64,000 nucleotides of DNA, from positions 16,864,001 through 16,928,000 of the forward strand of contig OY740788.1 of NCBI GenBank assembly GCA_963514005.1, written 5' to 3'. Below are positions 23,997-37,870 of the stretch, piece by piece. The notes under the pieces are model-generated. The model saw only the letters and a program-made list of their open reading frames with translations, was not told where the DNA came from and searched no databases. This DNA comes from Raja brachyura (taxonomy: Eukaryota). Numbering within the stretch: the first letter of the stretch is position 1; every line of letters begins with the position of its first letter. The position numbers were made by a program, and so were the translations under genes.

Positions 23997-25478
23997 TAGG
24001 TATGGTACAAAACTTACCTTCAGAGGCGCTGCAGTTCTGTCACTGGCCATGTGCGCGACTTTTGCTTCTTTGCTGGGGGGGGGGGGGGGGGAAGGACGAG
24101 GTTAAAATGCGTTTTTTCTCCTATCTGTCCTGCATATATTTTCCCGGGCTGAAGAATTGTTCCGATGGCCGTTCGGTGAATTTTTTTTTTTTTTTTAACT
24201 CGCTGGAATTTAGAAGATTGAGGAGGGATCTTGTAGAAACTTACAAAATTCTTAAGGGGTTGGACAAGCTAGATGCTGGAAGATTGTTCCCGATGTTGGG
24301 GGAGTCCAGAACAAGGGGTCACAGTCTAAGGATAAGGGGGAATTCCTTTAGGACCGAAATGAGGAAAACATTCTTTACACAGAGAGTGGTGAGTCTCTGG
24401 AATTCTCTGCCACAGAAGGTAGTTGAGGCCAGTTCATTGGCTATATTTAAGAGGGCGTTAGATGTGGCACTTGTGGCTAAAGGGATCAGGGGGTATGGAG
24501 AGAAGGCAGGTACGGGATACTGAGTTGGATGATCAGCCATGATCACATTGAATGGCGGTGCAGGCTCGAAGGGCCAAATGGCCTACTCCTGCACCTATTT
24601 TCTATGTTTCTATGTTTCTATGTTTTTAAATAATCGCTGGACAATTTCAGCGCTGGAGTAAAATAAAAATCAGCTTCTAATGCCGTGATCGAAGACAACG
24701 GGGACGGATTTCACGTACGGGACAGGTAAAGGAAAGCTGTTTATTTTACATATAAATGTGCTTCTTAGGATGCCTTTTATCCACATTTTACCCTGCGAAA
24801 AGGTGACTTAGTCCCCATACGAACCGGCAGTATTTCTCCTGCTGATATGGAGTTTAAATTCACCGCAACCTCAATATTCCAATTGATCGCGTTCCACAAT
24901 ATCCCACTCGCAAGATGATTTAAATGGCCATTAATTTACGGGAATTAAACACTAAATTCCTTCCATTTGGCCTATAAATTCATGACACCAAGATTTAAAA
25001 ATCATGTTATATTGTGAATTCTTGTGTGAATGTTATTTGGACACTTAGGCTATTTAAAAATGTTAATCTTTTCTTAAGAAATGGATTGATGTTTAGATCT
25101 AGTAATTGCATTTTGTAACTAGCTACAATTGGATAAGTAACTAATTATATGCTTTAATTTCAGGTCGTCCAAGTAAGATTGTTTCATATTTGTTTCAGAA
25201 TACTTTAATCTACAATAACTGAACATTTCGGAACAGTTCTCTTAATTTTTAAGAGCGTTATGGGCTTTTGACTGTCCTTGATCACAGTGTTTGTGTTAAG
25301 TCAATGGAAATGCAATAGGGAACAAGATGCTAATTTCCGAGTATGAAAATGGCCTTAACTTTTTTAATACTGAAGATATGAAAGTGAATTAGGTGTCAAA
25401 TTAAACTTTTTATGCTTTATCTGATGGGATAAATTGCAGACTTGATTTTTAAAATCTCAACATTTTGTAACATTGCCA
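23997..25478. mobile_element. Non-autonomous TIR DNA transposon (hAT-like TAG terminus), carrying a nested CR1
   Basis: Imperfect TIR TAGGTATGGTACAAAA versus (reverse complement) TGGCAATGTTACAAAA; 7-bp direct repeat CATAAAC at 23990-23996 and 25479-25485. Confidence 0.72.
24198..24622 (+). mobile_element. Young CR1 LINE 3' end with (TTTCTATG)n tail
   Basis: Intact frame SLEFRRLRRDLVETYKIL...FFTQRVVSLWNSLP; 8-nt tail repeat; TTTTTAA on both flanks. Confidence 0.9.
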
Positions 25479-25964
25479 CATAAACCCAAACATTCAGGTT
25501 GTAATTACACTCTGTAAGCTCTGGGGCAGGACATTTATGTATCCAACACCAGATCTCCAAATTAGAGACTGTTCTCAATATTGTCATGGGAAGAACTCGT
25601 TGAGGCTAGAGGAAAAGATGTGAAGATGCCCCGCAAAGTTTCCTAAACAAAAATGCAACAGTCTCACTGACCCATGCAAATCCATTTGGAATGGCACTGG
25701 GAACTTCGAGTCAAAGCATCAGGAGTGCTGAGTGTGAATGGTGGAATTACCACACTGCCTGACAAACTACCCACCATCCATTCTGTTAGGCACCTCCTAC
25801 CCTATCTGTGGTAGAGTCTGACAATGCAACATTGGTCACCTCAGAACACAAGGAACTATAGAAATAAATCCTGAGAGATCACCTCAGATGAAGGAGTGAT
25901 GACATAGTTTGCGGTCATTGTCATCAGTTTTGACAATATCAATAGAATCACGAGTCATGGAATT

Positions 25965-26240
25965 AAAGTTGTACAGCACAGAAACAGGTCCTTTATCCCA
26001 AACTTGTCTATGCCTACCATGATGCCAATCTATGCCTGTCCCATTTGCCTGCATTAGGTCTGTATACCTTCCCCATCCAGGCAGATGTCCAAATTGCCTT
26101 ATAAACATTGCAATTGTATCTGCTTCTACCATTTCCTCTGGTAGATAATTCCATATAACCACCACCTATTATATGAAAATACTTGCCCCTCGGATATTCT
26201 TTAAATTTCACCCTCTCACTTCAAACCGGTGCCCTCTAGA
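25965..26240 (-). mobile_element. Old CR1 3' fragment
   Basis: Minus-strand VVIWNYLPEEMVEADTIAMF; colinear with 40330-40620. Confidence 0.7.
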
Positions 26241-26304
26241 ATTATTTTCAAACCTGTATGTGTTGTTTATCTAATGCCACTTGGGAACTGTGAAACTTTG
26301 ATGT

Positions 26305-26526
26305 GTTAAAGAAGGAACTGCAGATGCTGGAGAATCGAGGGTTACACAAAAAGCTGGAGAAACTCAGCGGGTGCAGCAGCATCTAAGGAGTGAAGGAGAT
26401 AGGCGACGTTTCGGGTCGAGACCCTTCTTCAGACTAGTCTGAAGAAGGGTCTCGACCCGAAACGTCGCCTATCTCCTTCACTCCTTAGATGCTGCTGCAC
26501 CCGCTGAGTTTCTCCAGCTTTTTGTG
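26305..26526. mobile_element. Penelope-type fold-back repeat: 182-bp perfect palindrome with a minimal hammerhead-like core in each arm
   Basis: Arms 26345-26435 and 26436-26526 are exact reverse complements; 16-bp direct repeat TGTGAAACTTTGATGT at 26289-26304 and 26523-26538; core CTGAAGA-A-GGGTCTCGACCC-GAAACGTC. Confidence 0.8.
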
Positions 26527-26699
26527 AAACTTTGATGTTGTATTGCAAGATTAGCTGATAAAAAAATCTGCAAGTGATAAATGAAGGCATTTTAACTAAA
26601 AGGAAGGCAATATTACCAGCTGTAAATAAATGTGAAAACATTGCAGATGCCAGAAATCTGAAATAAAATCTCTGATTAAGGTAAACAATTTGATGAGAG

Positions 26700-26920
26700 A
26701 CTTTGATTTCATAGATAGTAAGACTATTTTCTCCACGGCGGCGATATCTATGATCATAGTGTGTAGATTTAAAGCGAGAAGTTCAGAAGGGATCAGAATC
26801 TTTTTCACCCAGATGATGGTTGCAATCTGGAACACATTGTCTGAAGATGAAATAGAGGCAGGTAGTCTCACAACATTTAAGAAGTATCCGAATGAGCACC
26901 TGCATTCTGGAAAGTGGTGA
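26700..26920 (+). mobile_element. Highly decayed CR1 3' fragment
   Basis: FFTQMMVAIWNTLSEDEIEAGSLTTFKK. Confidence 0.6.
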
Positions 26921-27454
26921 GTATATTTGCAACTGCGCTGACGATATTCTTTCACGCCAGTATTGTGCACAATTCCGCATTTTGCCTTGTGGATGGCAGA
27001 AGGAAATTGGGAAATATTTTTTTTGAGATATATTATTTATCACATGGTTGTTTGTGAGACTTCCTAGGTGTAATGTGATTACTGTCTTTCTTTAATTACA
27101 AGCGTGATTTTATCTCACATGTGTTTAATTGGTTTTCACGCGTACTGACACACCCGAAGACTTTAAATAAATAGAAGCCTTGGGATTCAAGGTGAAATCT
27201 GCAAAGGAAGCAGGAGAACCTTGGCTTTTGGGAGTAAGTAGGTGACTCACTCACTGCAAGATGGCCAGCCAACTGCAATTTAAAAAATGGTAGGTGTCGT
27301 TTTTAAAACACTGGCCGCTTCTCTCCAATACCTACCTACCAAGAAGTCTCCACAGTATGGCGTTGGCAATTAATGTGACGACATATCCAGTGTCCGCAGT
27401 ATTCTGCTTTTAAATCAAAGGTAGATGCAAAATACTGGAGTAACTAAGCGGGGC

Positions 27455-27602
27455 GGGGGGGGGGGGGGGGGGGGGGTGGAAGATTGCAACCTTCACGTGC
27501 TCCACCTTGTTTCGACTAATGCAATCAACTCGACGTGCACAAACTGAAGGTCAAATAGAACAAGTTGTCCAACAACTTTAGGGTGTGCACGCCACACGGA
27601 AG
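27455..27602 (+). mobile_element. HDV-ribozyme-headed short retroelement (copy B), nested in a Penelope-type repeat (27415-27660)
   Basis: 9-bp TSD AAGCGGGGC (27446-27454, 27603-27611); ribozyme fold 27473-27525 with candidate catalytic C at 27516; extra poly-G 5' of P1. Confidence 0.85.
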
Positions 27603-27719
27603 AAGCGGGGCAGGCAACATCTCTGGAGAGATGGGGACGTTTCGGGTTGAGTCCCTTATTCTGCTTTTGTTTCTTTGTTTCTTTTTCTCGCTCTCTGTGT
27701 TTCCAGCTGTAACATGATG

Positions 27720-27950
27720 CGATGCCGAGCCTACAAGTACCAGATGGCACCGCGTGCGCGCGGGGCATGCGCAGTGTCCTCCGCCGGCTGTGGGGAAGCG
27801 CGCACGCCGGGCTCGCGCCGCGGCTGCTGCTGCGTCTCGCGACTTGCCAGTTGGTGGCGGCGCGGCTGCGGAGCGCGCGTGGGCACGGCCATGCCCGGCG
27901 CCGAGCGACAGCGGCGGCGGCAGCAGCAGCAGCAGCAGCAATGATCTGCG
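27720..27950 (+). promoter_or_regulatory. CpG-island promoter / 5' UTR of CCDC85A
   Basis: Very GC- and CpG-rich in an AT-rich background, directly upstream of the ATG; NRF1-like GCATGCGCA (27765-27773), TCTCGCGA (27835-27842), CTCF-like CCAGATGGCAC (about 27740-27750), and a (GGC)n(AGC)n tract. Confidence 0.8.
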
Positions 27951-27964
27951 CCTCAAATCATTAA

Positions 27965-29113
<1,149 letters not shown>

Positions 29114-32100
29114 TGATTCACTCGGGGTTCATTGCATTTATTTTAGGGCATTGGTAAAATGCGTTGTTTGGCCACATTAGCCAATAACGCGTATTTAATA
29201 ACGGCACGAAGCTCACCAATGCTTGTTCATTTGCTTGAACATCATACCTATAACATCCATAACTTGTTAATTTAAAACCGGTAAGACTAATTTGCAGTTT
29301 TTATTGTAGCACCACAATTAATGCATGAAATCGATGCATTCACATTATAATGTATTATATAAGCCCCAAATATAATTAATATAATATATATGTCCTAACT
29401 CCTATCGAGACTAAAAATACAAAATGTTTTTGGGTTTAAAAGAGTAGCACTTTTGTTGGTGATAAGTCGTGGCATTTCTAATTAAATTTCAGATGCACTC
29501 TTAATAAATTACAGATATTTATTTTCCCACCTAAATAAAAACATTTCCATTGCATGACACATTATTGCCCCTGGAATGCCCCAGTGCATTAGAAAGAAAG
29601 TGCATCCATTAGGTAAATCCATTAATGCACCAATTTTACTGATAAATACATGAATATCAATATTAAATAACATAGTTAATTTTCAATAGAAATATGTAAA
29701 CCTAATTGGGGTTTGGGATCTTTGGTGCTGTGTACACACTAAAACCATTGGGATAAATAAATAACATTGCTTTTCCAATAATAAAAGCCAGTTATTAGAT
29801 TACATGCAATTTGTTGAATTGCAGATAATTTAGGAACATTGATTTTATTCTTTGAACTGGTTTGTGCCTATCTGCATATAAATATATAAAACAAACCACC
29901 ATCGTTATTGGTATAAATATCTGCATCTCATATTAAATCCTTGTTCAAATGTATAAATTGTAATATAAAATACATTTTAATTGTAAACACATTTTATAGA
30001 CTTCCACAAACTGGATTTTGTAGTTGAGTGGGATTAAAGTGAGAATATCCTAATATTCCTGAGACATCTAACTTGTTGGATCAGGTAAATAAAATTTAAT
30101 GAATTTACTTGCGTGATAGTAAGACTTCAAAACAAAATATTTCAGGCTCAATGTTGTGCTGTTTCTTTGAAAAGTTAATGCCAGACGTTATTGATGTGTC
30201 TTTCTGTTTATTAATGAAACATAATTCATATATCTAATTTTTGGGGGGATTAACTTTTGTTATTTGTTCTATTTGAGGGAAGGCATGAAAGGAAGTGATA
30301 AGTTTAAAACCAGTGTGTAGCTAAAATATCATGATTATAAAGCAGTCAGAGAAATATGGGGTCAAGTGTGTTGTGGCTATTTACTGGTAAATATTGGCTT
30401 ACTGTAAATATTGATCCAATCTTGGCTCACTTGAAATTGAGAGTCCTTCAGAAGTCAAGCCATAGATTATTAATTTAGTTCCAAAACTTTTAAAATTTGA
30501 TGCCCGAAGCAAAGCATAGATTGGTTTGGGATTTTTAATGTTGGTATAGGTTTGAGACACAGTGATCTTGCCCAGTTCTAAACTAGTTGAGTTGTACTCT
30601 GTAACTGTGTGGTCAGTTACACTTTGGTTTGATTGACTGCAGCGTCGGAGATGACTGACTCGCCCAAAACTCTTTGGGTTTTCACAATGACAACAAACCA
30701 CACTTTGCATTGTTGAGTTGTGTCCAATTACAAATTATTAGTAACCTGTAAATAGTTTACACTGGTGATGATGTTGTCTTCAGATGGCTGAAATAATATG
30801 CAAAAATTACATCAACTAAATAAATATTGCTTAATGTTTGGTATTCAATTGGGTATGAATATTTCCCTTTTGCGATCCAAGAAAAATGCCTGTTTTAGTT
30901 GATTCCAGATGGATGTCAATCCACAGTATAAAAATGTCCAGTTTAAAATTAAACAAAGCTGGGAATTAGATAATTGTAAGATATCAGAATTAAGAAGTAT
31001 TGTTGTTAGTATTATTGTTGAATCTCTTCTCTGTAATCCAAACTATTGATGATCTGCTTTCATGCTAGCCTGGCGTGACATAGCAAAAACACTGTAACCT
31101 TATTTTAGCACAGGAGCATCAAAGTACCAACTTTTGTTATGGAAGTAGAACCTGAAATTGGAACTAAATTTTGACTATAGTATGGTATGTACAATCCAAA
31201 CTAGCATCTGCTTGGCTACAGCTAAATCCTTTATTTCCAATGGATGGGTGAGTAAATGGCAAATCGCACAAGGCAGATTGGAATGGGAATTTTGGGAACT
31301 GATTAATTATGTTGTAAATACCATGGAACAACTGGTATGAACTTCTTAATGTCAGGACAGTCTGTAAGTAAAATAAAAATCATAAAGCAGACAGATTTGG
31401 AAACTCAAAGGCAAGCAGATCAAGAACCATTTGTGTTCAGAATGAAATATTTGGTGACAAAGGTGGCCAATCAGCTTATCCTTTTGTTTTCTAGATCCAT
31501 TTTCTTCCCCTCTCTATTTCCATTTTATGTTGTTTTTCACTTTACTCTTTAGATTATTAATATTGTAGTTGATTCTATAGTCACCTGGCAATATATTGTG
31601 AAAATTATATCAAAACGCTGCAGTAAACCTCAATCTGCCCTTGCTTCTGCGAAATTACTTGCGTTTATCTAGCCTAAACTTTTTAAATGCAAAAATGCTT
31701 TCTTTTCATTTTGAGGACATTGTGTAATTTTAGTAGTGGTCAATCTCCAAGTGTATGAAATGCAACATGAGGTTAATAATTCACTTAAGTGACTGTTTTA
31801 TGTTTTTTGTTTAATAGAGTATGATTTAGAAAATACCATTATTTTACATGTTTTGCATGAGTAATAAATACAAGACCATTTTTATGAGAGTTAGGTAGAA
31901 GTACAGGTAAAGAAAATCTTAAGAGCTGCTAGTACATTATTAATGTGTTCCATTTAAGAAATATTTGAGTTTGTATTGATGAGTTCTGTCTGTATTAATA
32001 GTCAATGGTTGTCTAAATACTGTACCTCATTGTTCGCTTCACCAGAATCTCAAAAAATATGTCTGTCCAGTAAGTGAATGTGAAATGTAAGTAAATGTCC

Positions 32101-33507
32101 TTATCTGATAATCGGCTTGGTGGTGTGTTGACTGCAGTTATTCTGATTAAGTCTAATTCTCTGTATTCTCTTGAACTTTAGTAGTTTATCTTCTTTTATT
32201 TTTCAAGAGATTTTTGCCTTTGGAATCCTCATTATACTGTTTGGTATAATAGACATTTCAGTAATTTTGAAATGAGGAATAATCCTTTGGGAGTTCATTA
32301 TTTTGCCCCATATTTCTGTCCTCAAAAAATAAAGACATTGTTGGCCATTCTTTGGTACCAGTACAAGCAGTCTGCATCTTTAAGCCTGGCAATGACTATT
32401 AACAAATTATTCTAAATGTATGACAGCATTAGTAAGTCTGTACATTATTTAACTTGAAGGCCATACAAATCCACCTTGGAGCTGTGAAGTTATAGGAAGT
32501 TTGAACCTTGGGTTAATTTTATTGCTTTCCCTTACTGAAAACTACTGAATCCAATTGAAATAGCGTTATTTTACATAGTGGAAATAATATCATTCAACAG
32601 ATAGTGTGGATTAAATCGTTATATCCTGGCTTAATTATATATTTTTCAGTGAATTAAACATTGATCCATTAAAGATGTCAGAATATGTCTTTTTCTTTCT
32701 TTTCAAAATTGTACTTTTATAGCTATTATTATTATTTGCATTCAAAACTGCTAAAGTGAATTTCAAAAGAACTTTTATTTTAGTTGTAACACTCAGAACT
32801 GGATATCCCAGTGAAATATTTTGTGCATCTTTGGAAGATGTTGCCTTCCGATTGTGGCATGATTTTGAAGGTACCGGTTTGCTTTCAGTACTTGAACCAA
32901 GTTAGCTATTCTTTGTTAGTGCACTACATGTCAGTCAACGGCGGACATAACTGGTGAGGTCTCATCTACACCGATGTACTTTTAAAGAGTTGGGTACAGG
33001 ATTGTGTTTGTGAACATAGATCTTTGTTGACTTTTCAGATTCTCTGAATAAAATCACCTGAATAATTTAACTTTTCACTTGATTAACACATGATTTAAGA
33101 AGCGGTTTATTGTTTGTTTTAGTATAATAATGTAATTTCCTGAGAGAAGAATGTGATCCCACTCAAAAATTGAAATGTATGCAGAATATGTTTATCTCTG
33201 AATTTTACATAAAAAAACAATAGACATGGGTTTTGAAACCAAGGTTACTTGCAAGGAAGGAAAACGTGAAGTTAGTAGTTATGAAATCATCTGAGAGATG
33301 TGTGGTGTTGGGGAGTGGGAGCTGGAGTGTGAAATGGCCTTGATTTGCATAATATAAGGGAGTTAAGCATGGAGGATGCTTATTACAGCTTTGAAAAAGG
33401 AAGATGTTTCAGAGTAATATTTACTGTTGTAGTAATACTGATAGATAGAAGGTCACAAATATTATAATGAAGGGCAAAAGATTAGCAATAAGATACAAAT
33501 CATTGAT

Positions 33508-33632
33508 CTTGTTGCATATGGCGTGCACAGCCTAAAGTTGTTGGACAACTTGTTTTATTTGCTTGTGCACGCCAGGTTGGTTGCATTTGTCGAAACAGGG
33601 CAGAACACGTGAAGATTGCAATCTCCCACCCC
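33508..33632 (-). mobile_element. HDV-ribozyme-headed short retroelement (copy C)
   Basis: Reverse complement reads GGGGTGG GAG ATTGCA ATC TTCACGT GTT CTGCCCT GTTTCGAC AAA TGCAAC...TGGCGTGCACA...TGTGCACGCCA; imperfect TSD AT(C/T)ATTGAT. Confidence 0.82.
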
Positions 33633-35149
33633 ATTATTGATTATTTCCCGTCAACCAATGTGAGAAATATATTGGGGAAATCTCTGCCGGTTTAACAACA
33701 GTATATTAAAAGTTTGATTGAATTTTGGATTTCTAGAATATTCATAGGTTACATGGAAGCACGGTTCAATAAACTCTAACCATAGACCTGTTCTATTTGA
33801 ACTCTGAAAAAGGTAAAACATTTTAATAAATGAGTAAAGACTGAGAATGATAATTATGGTAAATTTTAGTGGGAGAAAAATGAAATGCCTTTAATGAACC
33901 TCAAGGAAGGACGCTTTTTCTGTTTTATCAATGTAGACGAAGATGATGCTGTAATGCAATCATAATGTTTAAAGTAATCGCACCTTAAACTTAAAAATCA
34001 AGTCTGGTAACACATCAAATTGTACAAGATGAAATACATCTTTCAGCAAATAAATTATCAAATAATTCTACTGTTTACACATCACACTAAAATCTATCAA
34101 GCTGAACTACTTTCGGGGAAAAAAAGCCATATTAAGCCAAAGTTGAAATGCATTGGATTAAAATTTGCTGTGCCAATCCTTTAAATTTCAGAGTTTAGGC
34201 CAAAGTAACAAATTTTCCCATTTATGAATTTTGATGAGTAGATTTAGAAAGTGTTCCAGAAGTTTTTTTTTCATGGACTCTATTGCACACATCTGAGCAT
34301 ACTACATTTCATAGGTGCTATGTGGGCTTGATGCCACAATTATAATCTAAAACAAAATGGGATGGAAATGGCAGTGTATACTCTGAATATTCATCTTGAA
34401 ATACTGTATACCAAGATTAGTTGGAAATTTGGGCATATTTTTTCTGTTCCTTTTGACATAAATTGGAACATTGAGTCAAAGGAGCTAACCTAATTTTCTT
34501 TATTGGTTCATCAAGATTAAAAAGAAGACTCCTCTGCTCGTAATGTTAAATTCAAAATTTCTTTGAAGCACTTTATCAAGTCTGTTTATCAATTAACATG
34601 CACAACTGAACTGATGAACATGCAGAGAGAGCAAGTCTGATATTAAATTATTCACCTGTGAACATAAAGTAAAACCATGCTGTATTGAATAAAACCAATA
34701 CCAATGCATTGTGATATACTACTGATGAGCCAGTATATGACGTTAGAATTATTGTGTACAATTCTTCACAACTGTTGAAAAGAAGATCAGTGAGGCATTT
34801 GGTTTACTGCTACCTCCATGTTATATTGTAGATTGTCTCTAGTTCAATGATTACTGGAATTGTTCAGCAACTTCACAATATTTTGACTCCAATTGGATGC
34901 ACTTTGTCAGTAATCATAAAAATATTAATTGATGGTTTTTAATTGATGGTCTTTGCTGGCGAATTCTTGATAGTTTCCATGTCAAAAGGTCATCTATTCT
35001 TCAGCTGCTGACATTTATCACAACATTTTCTTTCTGAAGTGCCAACTCAGGAAGATTATAGTTTTGAGTGTTCTAAAATTGGCAAAATCAATGTCAGCTT
35101 TAAAATAGTATTTGAAAAGCTGTGATGCTTTATATATGTTATAGAAACA

Positions 35150-36500
35150 GATAACCACAGCCCCTGATGACACTGTGAAATCAGGCTCTGAGGTCTATGT
35201 CAGATCTTTCATGAGGTAAATCCTTGTAAAACATACGTATACATGGACACATTCTTAAAACCTGTGCAGGCCAACTGGCTGAAGTTTTCATGGATACCTT
35301 CAACCTCTCAGTATTACAGTCCCCACTTGCTTTAAAAGGATAACCTTAAATCTGGTGTTCAAGAAGAGCAAGGTGACGTGCCTCAATGACTACTGACTAG
35401 TGGCGTACGTGTTCAATATGATGAAGTGCTTTGAGTGGTTGGTTATGATGCATTTCAAATCCTGCCTTAATACAGACCCAGAACCACTCAAAAAGGCTTG
35501 CCACCTCAACCTATCAGCAGTAGATTGTTCTTGCTGGTTCTCCTATCTGCACTGGACCACTTGGACAATAAGAACACATCTATCAGGCTGCATTCGTTGA
35601 CTACAGCTTAGCATTCAACACCATCATCCCCTCGAAACATCATCAGACTTGGAGAAATGGGTCACCACCTGCAATTGGATACATGACCTCCATATGGGCA
35701 AATTTCAATCACTACTAATTGGCAACAACATTACCTCCTCAATGACCATCAGCGCAGGGCAGCACTTCAAGACTGACCCCAGTCCCCTATTCTGCTCTCT
35801 ATACCCATGGCTGTGTGACTAGGCACAGCTCCAAAGTCAGCTTTAAATTTGCTGATGATACCACTGTTGGGCGAATATTGGGTAACAATGATTCAGAGTA
35901 TTGGAGGGACATCAATAATTGATTGAATGGTGCCAGAATAACAATCTTGCCCTTAACGTTAGCAAGACCAAGGAACTGACTGTTGACTTAAGGAAGGGAA
36001 AATCGAGAATCCATGAACCTGTCTTTGCTGACGGGATAGTGGAGTAGAGTCAACGGCCCTGTTCCTGGATGTGTACATCTCTGAAGATCTGTCCTGGGCC
36101 CAGCCCTGATGCAATCATAAAGATTTTACTTCCATAAAAGATTGAGGAGATTCGGCATGCTGTTGTTCAATACTCTGTTGACCTTTTGAAGGTTAATGGT
36201 TGAGTGCAGATTGACTGATTGCATAATGTCCTGGTTCAGAAACTTGACGGTGCAAGAAGGAAGGAGGCTGTAGAAAGTGATGGACATTGCCCAGTCGATC
36301 ACGGGTATTGACCTCCGCATTGTTGAAGGGATCTACGTGAGTAGTTGACTCAAAGTCAGCTAAGAACCTCGTCACTCTTGCCACGCTCTCATCTTGCTGC
36401 TACCATGATGAGGAAGGTACAGGAACCTGGGAACTCCAATCTCTGGAGTCAAGAATAGCTTCTTCCCATCACCATTCAGGATTTTGAGACAAACTGCACA
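35150..36500 (+). mobile_element. Ancient Rex1/Babar-like LINE (RT region to 3' end), heavily decayed
   Basis: Remnants MKCFEWLVM, DYS.AFNTIIP, KFADDTTV, NNLALNVSKTKEL.VD.RK. Confidence 0.75.
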
Positions 36501-37389
36501 ACCCTAACCATAACCCTATCTCAGCAATGGTTTAGGGTTTTTGTTTAGGTTGCACTGCAATGGTCTGGTTACTTAGTATTACTGATCATTTATTGTATAT
36601 TGATAATTCATCATATTATTGATTATTGTATATTGTGTTCGCGTGCCTATAAAGCTGCAGGAATTAAGAGTTTTTTTGTTCCATTCCAAGTGCTTATGAC
36701 ACTTTAACATTTTTGAATCTTTTGAAATATAATTTGTATTTGTTACACAATGCAAGGTTGCAAGGATGTGCTGGTTGCTAGTTAGTTGGTCAATTCAAAT
36801 AGCACGTAAGATGTAGGTTAGTTGTAGAATCTGGAGGGTGTTCATCAAAATTTTAGACAAATGTGATTGTTGTAATTGATGGTTGGCATGAACTCAATGC
36901 AACAAAAGGTACTTTGCCATAATGTATAACTCTGCCTCTGAAATCACAAATCAATTAATCATAGGAACCCAATTTAGAACACAATTGGTTAAGAATATTT
37001 TGTATTTAAACCAAACATGGCTCTACTTTGGGAAAAATCATGAACGTGAAGAATCCATATTGCAAGACTGAATTAGGATGCAAACAATCCGTAGTGTCGG
37101 GAACTAAATTAAATGTTGAGTATTTGCATAGTTAATTGTAAAAAGATGCTCAGACTGCACATAACTAAGTCATGGCTAATAGCTCAAATAAATGTCACAG
37201 TATTGCCGACAGACCAATAAGGGAATCGTTAAAGACCTTATATTGACTAACTTTCAGTGGTGTGCTGGTGACAAAAAATAATTGTCCCGAGCATACACAG
37301 AATTGTGTATTTTGCAGATAACTTTTTTTGCATGTTAAAAATGTAAAATAATAAAAATATTTTTTTATGTTTTTTGGTAGTGGCAATAT

Positions 37390-37870
37390 TGCTGTTGGTA
37401 TTGGTTTGTAATTGTCATGCGGACTAAGATACAGTGAAATTTCTGTATTGTTTGCTATCCAATTAAAAAATTAACATACATAAGTAAAATCAAATTGTGT
37501 GCAAGTATAATAGTGCAAAAATAAAAATAACTGGAGTACAGAATATTGTAATGCAGTATCATAGTATTACAGCAACAGAGAAAATGCAGAGTTAAAAAAA
37601 AAGAGCAAGGACAACAGCAAGGAAGGTTTGGAGATTGGGACATCACTATTGGCTTATGAGAGATTCATTCAGTTGTTTGATAACAGTAGGGAAAATTTGT
37701 TTCTGAATCTGATGGTACGTGCTTTTATCCTTTTATATTCTCTGCCCGAGGAGAGATGAGGGTGGAAGTGGTCCTTAATTATATTAGCTGTTTTACTAAG
37801 GCAGCATGAAGTGTAGATGGAGTTGATTTGGGTGATGATTGTGAGGGGAGGCTCGTTTGTGTGGTTGGAC
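37390..37870 (-). mobile_element. Decayed LINE 3' remnant (Rex1-like)
   Basis: Reverse similarity to Rex-type tails (TTTCTGAATCTGATGGTACGTGCTTT...CTTTTATATTCTCTGCC). Confidence 0.4.
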
